Assembly: GCA_965113315.1 (NCBI GenBank)
Contig: OZ220371.1
DNA from: Podarcis vaucheri
Lineage: Eukaryota
Length of the DNA: 64,000 bases
Direction: 5' to 3' (one strand)
The notes under the pieces are model-generated. The model ran no database searches. It had not been told where the DNA came from and saw only the letters and a program-made list of their open reading frames with translations. Each line of letters begins with the position of its first letter. Within the stretch, counting starts at the first letter, position 1. Shown here piece after piece: positions 34,495-47,281 of this stretch. A program made the position numbers and the translations under genes.

Positions 34495-35501
34495 TTTGTT
34501 TGTTTTGTTTGTTTAGTCATTTAGTCGTGTCCGACTCTTCGTGACCCCATGGACCAGAGCACGCCAGGCACTCCTGTCTTCCACTGCCTCCCGCAGTTTG
34601 GTTAGACTCATGTTTGTAGCTTCGAGAACACTGTCCAACCATCTCGTCCTCTGTCGTCCCCTTCTCCTTGTGCCCTCCATCTTTCCCAGCATCAGGGTCT
34701 TTTCCAGGGAGTCTTCTCTTCTCATGAGGTGGCCAAAGTATTGGAGCCTCAGCTTCACGATCTGTCCTTCCAGTGAGCACTCAGGGCTGATTTCCTTCAG
34801 AATGGATACGTTTGATCTTCTTGCAGTCCATGGGACTCTCAAGAGTCTCCTCCAGCACCATAATTCAAAAGCATCAATTCTTTGGCGATCAGCCTTCTTT
34901 ATGGTCCAGCTCTCACTTCCATACATCACTACTGGGAAAACCATGGCTGTAACTATACGGACCTTTGTTAGTAAGGTGATGTCTCTGCTTTTTAAGATGC
35001 TATCTAGGTTTGCCATCGCCTTTCTCCCAAGGAGCAGGCATCTTTTAATTTTGTGACTGCTGTCACCATCTGCAGTGATCATGGAGCCCAAGAAAGTAAA
35101 ATCTCTCAGTGCCTCCATTTCTTCCCCTTCTATTTGCCAGGAGGTGATGGGACCAGTGGCCATGATCTTCGTTTTTTTGATGTTGAGCTTCAGACCATAT
35201 TTTGCGCTCTCCTCTTCCACCCTCATTAAAAGGTTCTTTAATTCCTCTTCACTTTCTGCCATCAAGGTTGTGTCCTCTGCATATCTGAGGTTGTTGATAT
35301 TTCTTCCGGCGATCTTAATTCCGGCTAGGGATTCATCCAGCCCAGCCTTTCGCATGATGAATTCTGCATATAAGTTAAATAAGCAGGGGGACAATATACA
35401 GCCTTGCCGTACTCCTTTCCCAATTTTGAACCAATCAGTTGTTCCATATCCAGTTCTAACTGTAGCTTCTTGTCCCACATAGAGATTTCTCAGGAGACAG
35501 A
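34495..35501 (-). mobile_element. BovB LINE, 5'-truncated ~1 kb, 11-bp TSD
   Basis: Uninterrupted frame GVRQGCILSPCLFNLYAE..NLRYAEDTTL..HGVTKSRTRLND. TSD TAAGGAAGGTC at 34484-34494 and 35502-35512. Confidence 0.97.
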
Positions 35502-35625
35502 TAAGGAAGGTCAGCCCTTCTCAAAAGCAGCTGATTAATTCCAGAGTACTTTCTAATTACTGCTTCTTTTGAAACAACCATTGTCTTGTAAGCATGCTTA
35601 CTGTCATGCTTAGAGGTCTTGCGAG

Positions 35626-35669
35626 GGAAGGAAGGAAGGAAGGAAGGAAGGAAGGAAGGAAGGAAGGAA
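35626..35669. repeat. (GGAA)n microsatellite
   Basis: Eleven GGAA units seen directly. Confidence 0.95.
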
Positions 35670-37794
35670 ATGACCATTATCCAACAAGCTAGGCTTGTCT
35701 AAAGTTTTGCACAATGTAAGACACTCATAACATGTCTAAAGTGTCCCTTCAACATTCAGATCTATACGTTTCTAAAAAAAAATAAATGTGCCATATCTGT
35801 TTAAACTCAGATTCACAGCTCAGAGTGTGATATACTGGTGCCTTCAAGTGTTCCACTGAATTTCGGCATGCTGACTTTTTTTGTTTAAAACAAGCTGGCC
35901 TAGATAATGATTTTTTTTAATCCCCTTACAGAACTGCTTAAGCCTTGTTAGCTCGACATCTTTTTAGCACTTTTCAGATTTGGAAAGCAGCCTGAATTAA
36001 CAACATTTCTTTTTAGATTTAAATTGAAAAGGAGGGGTGGACTTTGAGATGTTTTGCATGTTGAGATGTTTTGCATGTTTTGTACCAATGAACCCAAATG
36101 CTACTGCAAGAGAGAGATTTCCCTTTTGGACTGCTTGTGTATGATTTATGACTCATTTGTGCTTGTGTATGATTTATGACATGCTCTAGTAGTATGCTCA
36201 CATAGTAAAATAAAATTAATTTTCTTTATTTTAAGTAAAGTACAAACTGATATGTGGTAAAATATATTTATATTTGTAAATATGTATTTATATTTAAATA
36301 CATTTTGGGGTGGAAAGAACTGTATGATACAGCTTTATCTTCTCTTTTAAATCTATTTATTGAAGATATATTTTTAAAAAGCAACCACAAAACACTCTCA
36401 AATGGATCTAGCAGCACAAGCAATGCATGTTTGCCTGAAAGCAAGTCCCATTATAAGAAGTAGGGCTCATTGCTTAATAAGTGCACCCAGTATTGCTCGA
36501 AATCATCATGTTCAGAATAAGAAATTGAGCGCTCTGCAGAAACAAAGTAAACTGCCCTTCAGAACTCTATTATAGAGTGGTATTCTGTATAGATGACTTC
36601 TGATAAATTATTTATTTAGGCTTAAAGTCTGGAAAAATGTTTACCCCTCTTAAGTTTGCTCCATTCTTGTTTAACATTTGGAAAATGTCAGTATGGCTGC
36701 TGTCAACACATATATATGAGAAGCTTGACAGTTAATGGGTGAAAACACTTTTTCATAGGCCAGGATCCAAAGAAAGGTGATTTGTCATGCTGTATAGTAT
36801 AAGGGGACACTTCATACAAAATGAAAGTCCAAGCTTCCATTAGGTACATGGAAAAGAAGTTGTCTGGTTCCATAGATCCATACCTTATTTAAGAAAACTT
36901 ATTAGAGGATCTATCTAACATTAACTATCTTCAGAAGCTCTTGAAAAATAGTCATAACCATAATTAAATACTCTCTCCAGCTTCTTTTGCATAACCACCA
37001 CATCACATAACTACATTTCACTATCATCTGCTTAATATCAGCACCAGTTATTATTTGCTCTTGACCAAATACAAAGTGGCAGATGGCAGACCATTATCTC
37101 ATACCATTTTAGAAAATCAAATTTGCCAAACCTCCTTTGTGTTTAATTTTCACCCCATTTTATATTTAATATTTATGCTTACTCTAATTCATCTTCCAAG
37201 AAGATGCAACAACTTTTTGATCATTGTATTCGTTCTGTTAGTATTAATTTATTCTAATACTTAGGTCCATGGTGGGTATGTTTTACTTGGTTGTTGTTGC
37301 AAAGATAATAGAAAATGCTTTATGTAGTGATAGAGATTCAGTAGATACCACATTCCAATATAATCAAATATTTTTGTCAAAAGAAAGAGTCTTATAAAGA
37401 AAGTTTAATATCAGTCAAAATTCAGCTAGGTATATAATAAAACTGTGAAATATCACTAAATCAGCAGTAAGAGATGATGCATTGAGATTTTTATTCACTT
37501 TGTAGATCAGGAGATGGAGTGTTCCAGCTTGTATTTAACCTCTCTCAAACCATGATATGTGCAAAGAAAGAATGACTGGAGAAGGAAACTTGGGTATATG
37601 AATTCCCATTTCAATACCACAGGACTCAGGCATGACTGCCTTATTAGAAGAGCTTCTGAGGATTAAGCAAAATCGAGCTGGATACTGTACACAAGGTTCC
37701 AATTAGCCCTCTCTAGCTTTATTTATTTATTCATTTATTATTTTAAAGACACATCTATACCACCTTTCAGACTAAAATTCTTCTCAAGGTGGTT

Positions 37795-38060
37795 CATAGA
37801 ATCATAGAATCATAGAATCATAGAGTTGGAAGAGACCACAAGGGCCATCGAGTCCAACCCCCTGCCAAGCAGGAAACACCATCAGAGCACTCCTGACATA
37901 TGGTTGTCAAGCCTTTGCTTAAAGACCTCCAAAGAAGGAGACTCCACCACACTCCTTGGCAGCAAATTCCACTGTCGAACAGCTCTTACTGTCAGGAAGT
38001 TCTTCCGAATGTTTAGGTGGAATCTTCTTTCTTGTAGTTTGGATCCATTGCTCCGTGTCC
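37795..38060 (-). mobile_element. Young CR1 3' end
   Basis: [51 protein letters not shown] and a (CATAGAAT)x3 octamer tail. Confidence 0.94.
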
Positions 38061-40149
38061 ACATAAAACATAACAATAAAATACAATAGACATTGAAAAA
38101 TATCAACAGAACAATGTCATATTATTTGAACTAGCAGTCTAATATCAAAAGTATACCATAATAGAATCACCACGATCAGACCACAAAGTCAGATCCCTCA
38201 CAGCAATTAGTTTCTGTAAGTCAAGTTAAAAGGTATTGTCTTACCCTTATTGATGATTTCGTGATTTTATTCTTTCCTAAATGGTCCATGGGACTGCTTT
38301 AATCCCACGACACTGGTACTGAACTACTTGAATATGAGTTTGTTATACACAACTGAATGTTGCCAGTATTGAATCTTGTATATCTACAGTATTCTAATGG
38401 GGAAAATACTGAGAAAGGAGTTGTTTGGTAGTCCATAACTAGAATGATTTTTTATGCTTCTACATATTTGGCAATTTCTTTTGCATTGCTTCCATTAATT
38501 CATCAACATTGAATCATGCTGCTCCAAGGTAGGAGGCAGCAGAAAGAGAGGATCTGAAGTTCCTTATGCTGTTCTGGGTCCAATGCAGACATTAGTGACA
38601 TAGTTGCACTATCCATCAGTCTCATGTGGTGTATATATTTCCCTGCTCCACTTTGTGTTGGCTTTGAATCAGTACATAATCTGATGCAGGTCACATGGTG
38701 TCTTCAAATACTGAGGCATGGTTGATGTTCAACATCATCTTTGGATTTGTGTAGAACTCATCACAGCCTTGGGTATATCTTTCAAACTAGCACATAAACA
38801 GTAAATCTAATTTACTTGCCTTGCCTTTAGTGTCTTGATTTTTCTTTTGTCCAGAAGTTCACTAAATGTAGAACGGACTCAAATTGCACTTATGATTTAT
38901 AACACAGCATAACAGAACTACAGTTTAGTGTCTTTGGAGATAATCTTTTTACAGAATCTCAGTTGTCATTTCAGTAACTGATCCAAGCTTGCATGTGTCT
39001 GTCTGTCTGTATGTGTGTCAGCTATACAGCTGAGTTGAATAAAACATTCCTGAAGCTGGAAATTACTCGGTTCATCTTTCTTTCCATGATCTTTTGCTCT
39101 CAGTATAGCATGGTAGGCGGCTTTCAGTTCATTGTGTGAAAGCTGCCAAAAACCACTTTTCTTTGTTTCAGATGCTACTAGTTTGTGCTAAGCAAGCTGT
39201 CTATTGTAAAAAACAACAACAGCAAGCCATCTGTAACTTTCAATCACTGAGTATCTATTATTGGTGACATTATACCTTTAGCACTGTTTAGTGCCCATTC
39301 CCCTGCGTCCTTTAGCTCTAACTGTGTATGGCATGTTGTCACTGTGGGAATAACATTTTAGCACTGTGCCAAATACCTACAAGATCGGTGTAGTTTTATT
39401 TTGTATGGTAATAGAGGCAGCACATAAGAAATGAGAGTTTAGTACAGAAGCAAGGATTTGTAGAATTATTCCATAGGCTGTATTGAGGCATTGCACTTAT
39501 AAGGGATAATGCTTTAGACTACAGGATTCCACTTCTTTCATTTAAAAATACACTTCTGTAAAATATCTATAAAGCAACTTTGCTGAACATACCTAATTTT
39601 CAGTGCACCCTTCTCTCATCTGGTTGTTTGTGATAATAAATAATCATATTGGGATACAAGGCAGGGAAGTTGGTTTGGTTTTCGAACACAAATTAATTTA
39701 ATTGGTCTGTGTGATCCACATAGTTTAGGAAAAAAATATGTGCGGACTTGTAACTCTTGTGAACTCATATGCAAGACTGCAGATATATAGTCCAGGATCC
39801 ATCCAAAATCCAGGGGCCAATGTAAACCCTCTGGAAGCGGCTGGAGGGAGAAGACATGCCTTTCATTCATTGGATCTCCTCAGTAACCATCACCAGAGAG
39901 TTTATGGCCAAACTGCATGGTGCACAAGAAGGACAGCTTTCCCATTACCTTAATGATAGGGCTAATGCTGTGCTTGCAATGGGGAACCTGGATGTCCTTT
40001 GAGTGGACAGGCTGGTCAGGGTTGCTTGCATGGCATGCCACATTGGGTTTAAAGGGGTATGGGGCAGGTTGAGAAGTAGAGAAACTCAGTGTTTTGTGGT
40101 AGAAAAGCAATTCTAGACAGAAGGAGCCAGACAGTCAGAAGCAACTCTG

Positions 40150-40548
40150 ACCCTTTTGTATCTGAGGCTTTTGGGGAGCTCTATCGTACATTCTGCGAGT
40201 GTTGCTGGTGTCAGCAGCAAGTTGAATGCTGTGACACAGCTTTAGCCAGTAGTCATTGGCATATTGTCTGGCAATCCACTGGGCATCGCTCCTTGCCTTT
40301 ATCAGTGTAGCAAGTGTCTTTTCACAGGGGCACACACTTGTAGTTTACAAGAACCTTGTGCTTTGCAGTGATAACAGGCTCCATGTCCTTTATGCCAGAC
40401 TCAAACCAATTGGGGATCTGTTGCTCTCTTTTGCCAAAGAAGGACATGGCTGTGTTGTAGATTGCCTCTTTGATGTGGTTCCACCTTGCTCTGGTGCTGT
40501 CTAGGGCAGTTCAGTAGAGCTTGTTCAATGGAATCAGAGAAGCGTTCA
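40150..40548 (-). mobile_element. RTE-clade LINE fragment (endonuclease-RT linker), running into the gap
   Basis: KWNHIKEAIYNTAMSFFGKREQQIPNWFE..ARQYANDYWLKLCHSIQLAADTSNTRRMYD, typical of non-BovB RTE elements. Confidence 0.75.
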
Positions 40549-40748
40549 NNNNNNNNNNNNNNNNNNNNNNNNNNNNNNNNNNNNNNNNNNNNNNNNNNNN
40601 NNNNNNNNNNNNNNNNNNNNNNNNNNNNNNNNNNNNNNNNNNNNNNNNNNNNNNNNNNNNNNNNNNNNNNNNNNNNNNNNNNNNNNNNNNNNNNNNNNNN
40701 NNNNNNNNNNNNNNNNNNNNNNNNNNNNNNNNNNNNNNNNNNNNNNNN
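40549..40748. other. Assembly gap (200 N)
   Basis: Run of N. Confidence 1.
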
Positions 40749-41619
40749 TCTGTTTAAACTGTTTAGTCTTTTTTTGCTGATGAAAATCATAAGTCAAATT
40801 CAAATTTGAACCAGTTTAAACGGCTATTCCTGTCAGCACCTTTGTTTATGTTAACATTATAGGCATGAAATGATGAGGCTAACTAAAATAAAGGTAATAA
40901 TATAATGCCTCAAGTGTAGAATGTTAACACAAGTCTCATTCAGAATATTAAGGCCAAATGAATTTGATGCACTCATATATTTACAGGGGATGTTTCTTAA
41001 ACACACATAAACAGACACCCTTTGACTTTCTAGCTGTTCTTGTGTCTAGTTTTTTAAACATATTTATTAAGTTTCATTTTAGACACATGTCAAGAAGTAC
41101 AGCTAATGAAAGGAAAAATCAATGGCCCAAATAACACTAAAACCAAACCACAAGCCACACAGCTGCATAACCCAGGTTATAGATAGTAGTTTCAAGAAAC
41201 AGAGGTAGATATCAGAAGAGAAACCTCTAGTCAGCAAGATATATTGCATAACAGATCAATAAATCGCTGCTATTTCTAAATCAAAACCACTGCCCTCCTC
41301 TCCTGAGCTTAAGAACCTGGTTAGTTATACAAACTTGACACTAGATTTCTGTATATATATTGCCTATATTGTTTTTACTTTTCCTTCAGAAGACTACATG
41401 TAGGGCAAAACAGGAAGCATACAGGGTGAAAAGACTGTAGACTCACTCTTCTGATTCTTGACCTCCCTAAACTGATATGCAAGCCTATAACCGTTATTTC
41501 CCATTCCCACATTTGTGCTGTGTTAGCTTTTGGAATGGAAGAAGATGGAAGTTTCCCCTTTCCCAACCAGGCTATTTTAACTGACAGGAACATGCACAAC
41601 AACAGTACCGTACATTAGG

Positions 41620-41986
41620 TAAAGGTAAAGGTAAAGGTACCCCTGCCCGAACGGGCCAGTCTTGACAGACTGTGGGGTTTGTGCGCCCATCTCACATCTA
41701 TTGGCCGGGGGCCAGCGCTGTCCGGGGACACTTCCGGGTCACGTGGCCAGCGTGACATCGCTGCTCTGGCGAGCCAGAGCCGCACACGGAACGCCGTTTA
41801 CCTTCCCGCTGGTAAGCGGTACCTATTTATCTACTTGCACCCGGAGGTGCTTTCGAACTGCTAGGTGGGCAGGCGCTGGGACCGAACAGCGGGAGCGCAC
41901 CCCGCCGCGGGGATTCGAACCGCCGACCTTTCGATCGGCAAGCCCTAGGCGTTGAGGCTTTAGCCCACAGCGCCACCCGCGTCCCT
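41620..41986 (-). mobile_element. Young Sauria SINE with 15-bp TSD
   Basis: TSD GTACCGTACATTAGG at 41605-41619 and 41987-42001. CpGs largely intact. Confidence 0.96.
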
Positions 41987-42149
41987 GTACCGTACATTAG
42001 GGGTGCCCAAACTTTTTTTTCAAAGAGGGTCAGATTTGATGAAGTGAACATGCATGAGGTTGTTCAGCTTCTTTTAGGATTTTACCCCAATAAATAAATA
42101 AATAAAACCGGCCATGGGCCAGATTAGGCCCCCAAAACTGCCTGATTTA

Positions 42150-42380
42150 CAGTGGTACCTCGGGTTCAGAACTTAATTCGTTCCGGAGGTCCGTTCTTAA
42201 CCTGAAACTGTTCTTAACCTGAAGCACTACTTTATCTAATGGGGCCTCCCACTGCCGCTGCCCAATTTCTGTTCTCATCCTGAAGCAAAGTTCTTAACCC
42301 GAGGTACTATTTCTGGGTTAGCAGAGTCTGTAACCTGAAGTGTCTGTAACCTGAAGCATCTGCAACCCGAGGTACCACTG
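42150..42380 (-). mobile_element. pogo/Tigger-type MITE, family A (reverse orientation)
   Basis: TIRs and TA TSD. Confidence 0.93.
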
Positions 42381-42847
42381 TATATGTAAGTGAACTGATG
42401 GTGATTCTTTTTCAAAAATTCAACTTTATCATGGGAAAAACCAAAACACTCAGTGTACAAAGTGAATTTTCCCCTTGAATCCATCCGCACAGTTATTTCA
42501 TGTGACTAATAAGCGAAACAATGCTTGTATGGCGTGATCAGACTTTTTAACTGTTTGGCTTAAATGCAGTTGAAGTATCACGTTTAATGGTAAAATTTGG
42601 TTGCAAATTTTAAAATAATACAACTATTTTGCTGCATTGGTTTTGGTAGACTCTTTGTAATAAAAACAAAATTTTAAAAGTGTCTAACATTGTGTTGGGT
42701 GCAATGATATCTGTTATATTCTATATGCTGTTGGGTGGGCCCCATGATGGCTGGCGGGGGTGCTGCTGCCATGGTCGCTCTGTCACTCAGCTCCCAGCTG
42801 CTGCCCCTGGAATGGCTCCCAGATGCTGACACTGCCTCTGCGCTGCC

Positions 42848-43854
42848 ATGGCCAAGGATGAGAGTGAGAGCCTGGAGTCTCCCAGCAAAGGGTTCAGATG
42901 GCTATGCAGTTGGCTTCTTGCTTGGTGTCCTATATCACTGGTATGCTGAGGAGCAAATACTGAAATGTATCACAAGTACATGCCGTAAACAATATGTCTT
43001 CCTATCCAATGAAAATAAAATATGGACACTAATGTTCTCTCACCGCCTCTTGCAGAAAACTCCACTTGTTCTTCTCTATGGGTTTGGAGGAGGTGTTGGA
43101 CTTTGGGCACTGAACTCTTAAGATCATTGTGAAAACCGGACTGTGTATGCATTTGATCTCTTGGGATCTGGACGCAGTAGTAGGTCACACTTTGACACAG
43201 ATGCAGAAGTAGCAGAAAATCAATTTGTAGAAGAATGGAGGGGGAAAATGGGATTGGACAGAATGATTTTACTTGGACACAACCTGAGTGGATTCCTGGC
43301 AGGTGCTTACTCACTGTAAAACATCTTATATCAGTGGAGCCACTGGGTTTCCCGGAGAGGCCCTCTGGTGCTGAGCATGAGAGGCACATTCCAATATGGA
43401 TCAAAGCATTTGGAGCAGTTTTGACTCCATTTAATCCATTGTCTGGTCTCAGAATAGTAGGGCCCTTTGGACTGAGCCTTGTACAGTGCATTAGGCCTGA
43501 CTTCAAGAGAAAGTACTCGTCCATGTTTGATGATGACATGGTCACTGAATATATCTACCACTGTAATGAGCAATAATCAAGTTTTGAAATGGCTTTCAAA
43601 AACATGCCAGTTATATATGGATGGGCAAAAAGACCAGTGCTTCAGCAGATTGCCCATGTGTACCAATGCATTCCTATCACTGTGATTTACGGAGCATGAT
43701 CATACATAGATGACAATTCCGGGACCACCATCCAGCCTCTGTGACCAAATTCGTATGTGAAAACAATAGCTATCCTTGGTGCAGGTTAGTATGCTAATCA
43801 ACCTTCAACCAGACTTCAACCAGAAAATAAGAGATCTGCAGTTCTGTGGACTGA
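42848..43854 (+). pseudogene. ABHD5: Processed pseudogene of ABHD5 (CGI-58, alpha/beta-hydrolase lipolysis co-activator)
   Basis: Kozak GCCATGG; MAKDE..WL..WCP; [20 protein letters not shown]; VYAFDLLG; [18 protein letters not shown]; [49 protein letters not shown]; YVKTIAILGAG; EICSSVD-stop. Intronless, with frameshifts, deletions and an in-frame TAA at 43119. GC-rich 5' UTR from ~42735 and a likely 3' UTR to AATAAA at ~44222. Confidence 0.95.
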
Positions 43855-45188
43855 CACAAGTTCTGTTCTTTGGAAAAACCAGTCACATATGCAATTCAAA
43901 GCAATATTTTGCTGTATGTGATAAAAAAATAAGGGAAACAGAAGTTTAACAAGCAAACACAAATTTGTTTGCACCACTTATTTCAAAATGTTTGCACACT
44001 TTAAACCTTGCAATGTCTTTTTCTGGAATTTTTCAGGGATGGGGAGCGAAAACTTCGTACATTTTAGCTGGATGCTGTTCTTTATATATTTAGATAAGGT
44101 GTTTCTCTCTCTCTCTACTATATTAAACACAACATTTAAAACTGGATTTTAAAATTTTGCTTTGAAGAATGTAGAGCTTTTAAAATTGTGCTCTACATAC
44201 ACAGCAAGTTTCAACATTCTTAATAAAATACATTATACAGTATACTATATCTAGCTGTCTGTCTCTGTTAGTTGTTAAATATATTACATAGAATAGTCAA
44301 AGCAGCACCCTTTAGAGAACTACTTCTCCATTGTCATAAATATATGCAAATTATGCAGACCTGTTCTTCAGGCAGAATATAAAATTATTTTTTTATCAGA
44401 CAACTAATTGTGTGGAATTTTGGGCTAAAGAGAGATACACAAAGGTTTTTCATGAATCTTTTTCAATTTGTCAAAAGTACCTCCAGTGGAGATAGTGAAA
44501 GTATGCGCCATTAAGTTTGTGTGGGTTGTATAAGGAAATGTTTGTTCTTATTCATCTATAGCAATTTTGATTAGGTTGATGGAATCATTAATATTTGGGG
44601 GAGTAATTCCTTTGTTGTCAGTTTCCGGAGAGAGTTGTGAGAAAAGAGATAAATAATGGCAGCTTGGTACATAAGGTTCCTAGTGACTTTCCATGGGAAC
44701 AGCTTGCATTCATTGACTTTGATTATGGGTATCTTGTCTGGTGGCAGCATCATTAACCACTTGTCAGTTTCCACCATTGCAAATCCCATTAACTAAAGAT
44801 ACTGTCTCCTAGGCTTGAGTTGGGAGGGGGATGTGATGCTCTGGCAGCATGATACTCCTGCTAAAAACAGCACCTCCTTTCTTCCCTAGTATCATGTAAT
44901 GGCCTTTATGGCGTGGCCATGTTTTCAGTCAACATTATGTAGTCTTTTGGTCACCACAGCTTGGAAATGAAAGATGTGTAATAATTAAGAGGTTGGAGGA
45001 GCATCTTGCCAACAAGCAAAAGCTAGGAAACATACATAAATTTCACAAACCTCTCTCATATCCTTTCTAGTTGTCTTTTTCTATAAACAAAAAGTTTATA
45101 GAAACTTTGCAACATTTATGTATGATGGGAAAAGAGAACTCTCTCTCCCCATAATACTAGAACTGAATTTCAGACAACGGATAGTATA

Positions 45189-45420
45189 TGTGGTATCCAG
45201 CGAAGTAGTACCGTGAGTGCAAGGATTTCTGTTTGCACAGTGGAACTTCCTTCTCCTCTCCCCATGCACCTCACATCCTCCTCACATCTGCTCTGGGTGG
45301 TGGTGGGGGGACCCCATAGAGCAGATCTGGGGCATGGGTGCAATGAAGAGAGAGTGGGGAAGTTGTGTTGCACAGCTTGAAATCATTGTGTTTATGGAAC
45401 TACTTTGTTGGATTCCAACC
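45189..45420. mobile_element. Ancient palindromic non-autonomous DNA element (hairpin MITE)
   Basis: 5' TGTGGTATCCAGCGAAGTAGTACCGTGAGTGCAAGGATTTC pairs imperfectly with 3' GAAATCATTGTGTTTATGGAACTACTTTGTTGGATTCCAACC. Inner ATCTGCTCT/AGAGCAGAT arms. Confidence 0.6.
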
Positions 45421-46275
45421 TATGTCTTCATAAAATGCATAATTCAATGAAATTTGCTACCAAAGTGAGCTTGCCAGAGTGCTTGCTGCTACCTCCTACG
45501 GCACCCAAATATCTCTCCCTGACTAGCCTGCTTTAAGTTCGTTCATTTGGACCACTATGAAATTCTAAATAAGACGCCTTATTAAACTTGGCTGCATCAT
45601 CATTAAGACCAGTGTTGATGTATCCATAACCATTCATCATATTTTATTGTGGGAAATATTCATAACCTGTTCTAAGTATTTGCCATCAGTTCCAATTGTT
45701 ATTCAGGTTTGCCAGTTCTCGTTCTGTGAAATATTGTGCACTAAATGTCACTCTATGCAAATATTCTATTGTTAGTCCTCTCAGACTCTCTCTAAATCCA
45801 TTAATTATCTTTCAGCTCTCAGAAAATGGAGATTGTGAAAGGCATTACATTACCTGTTCCAGGATGATACAAAGCACTTGTGATAAATGAATAGACATTG
45901 TGTGGGATCTTAGAGGTGAGGGAGATATGTTCAATTTACCTTTCTCAAGAACACAGAACTGTTTTCCATTTGATAAACAGACTTTAAAAGTTTGTTGTCT
46001 AATGAGGGGAGAGCAAAAGCCAAAGCTGCCTTTTCTCAATTCATCATCTACTGCTTTAAATTAAAGTAATCAGTCTGTTTGAGTGCAAATTTTTGTGCTA
46101 ACTAAATTCTGAAACATTTGCACAGTGATTTACTTCCTTGTGTGATTCACTGTAGCTCAAGGTACTTTTTGCCTTTTTACTGAATTTCTTCATGGGCACA
46201 TGCCATAAGGGAGAAGTAATTTCTAATCTAATGGGTGGGATACCTCCTTCCCAAGAACTGCATTCCTGTGGGGAG

Positions 46276-46400
46276 CAGGGCTTTTTTCAGCCAGAACTCA
46301 GCTCCAGCACCTCTCAGGTGGGCACCATTGTTGTTCTAAGAGAACAAGGGAGAAGTTCATGATGAGTTCCAGCACCTCTTTTTCTAGAAAAATAGCACTG
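46276..46400. mobile_element. hAT-type MITE
   Basis: CAGGGCTTTTT..AAAATAGCACTG termini; repeated CCAGCACCTCT motif shared with 52852. Confidence 0.6.
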
Positions 46401-46477
46401 ATGGGGGCAATAGGTTTTGGGGGCACATCAGTGTGCAACCCCCATGTGTCCTCACCCAGATAAGAACAGTCTCTAGT

Positions 46478-47121
46478 CTCATAGCTGTCCATGGAGCTGC
46501 AGGTTAATTCTGTGTCCAGGGCAGCTGTCTACCAGCTCCATCTGGTATTCAGGTTGAGACCCTACCTGCCCACATACTGTCTGGCCAGAGTGGTGCATGC
46601 TCTGGTTATCTCCTGCTTGGACTACTGCAATGTGCTCTACGTGGGGCTACCTTTGAAGGTGACCCAGAAACTACAACTAATCCAGAATGCAGCAACGAGA
46701 CTGGTGACTGGGAGTGGTCTCCAAGACCATATAATACCGGTCCTGAAAGACCTACATTGTCTCCCAGGACGTTTCCGAGCACAATTCAAAGTGTTGGTTC
46801 TGACCTTTAAAGCCCAAAATGGCCTCGGCCCAGTATACCTGAAGGAGTGTCTCCTCCCACATCGTTCAGCCTGGACACTGAGGTCCAGCACCGAGGGCCT
46901 TCTGGCAGTTCCCACCTGAGAGAAGTGAGGTTACAGGCAACCAGGAAGAGGGCCTTCTCGGTAGCGGCGCCAGCCCTGTGGAACGCCCTCCTGTCAAGGA
47001 AATAAACTATCTGACTTTTAGAAGACATATGAAGGCAGCCCTGTTTAGGGAAATTTTGAATGTTTGATTCTTTTTTTTTCTATTTTGTTGGGAGCCGCCC
47101 AGAGTGGCTGGGGAAACCCAG
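46478..47121 (+). mobile_element. L2 3' portion, running into the gap
   Basis: MELQVNSVSRAAVYQLHLV..LDYCNVLYVGLPLK..FKVLVLTFKA, then the L2 tail GCCGCCCAGAGTGGCTGGGGAAACCCAG. Confidence 0.93.
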
Positions 47122-47281
47122 NNNNNNNNNNNNNNNNNNNNNNNNNNNNNNNNNNNNNNNNNNNNNNNNNNNNNNNNNNNNNNNNNNNNNNNNNNNNNNN
47201 NNNNNNNNNNNNNNNNNNNNNNNNNNNNNNNNNNNNNNNNNNNNNNNNNNNNNNNNNNNNNNNNNNNNNNNNNNNNNNNNN
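47122..47281. other. Assembly gap (160 N)
   Basis: Run of N, located where an L2 microsatellite tail is expected. Confidence 1.

Noticed and set aside
34513-35478. 321-aa ORF and its antisense ORFs as genes
   Set aside because: Truncated BovB RT. The antisense ORFs recur in each BovB copy and are a by-product of its sequence.
36043-36180. Short tandem duplications (17-bp and 28-bp period; also 16-bp at 58046-58082)
   Set aside because: Two-copy local slippage events with no further structure.
40401-40809. ORFs spanning N runs (also 47007-47457)
   Set aside because: Artefacts of assembly gaps.
42735-43576. 128-aa and 113-aa ORFs as functional ABHD5 exons
   Set aside because: Fragments of one intronless, frameshifted retrocopy with no splice sites.
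44228-44262. TSD and poly(A) tail for the ABHD5 retrocopy
   Set aside because: Only a loose CTATAT..GCTGT resemblance to the 5' flank in AT-rich DNA; not supportable.
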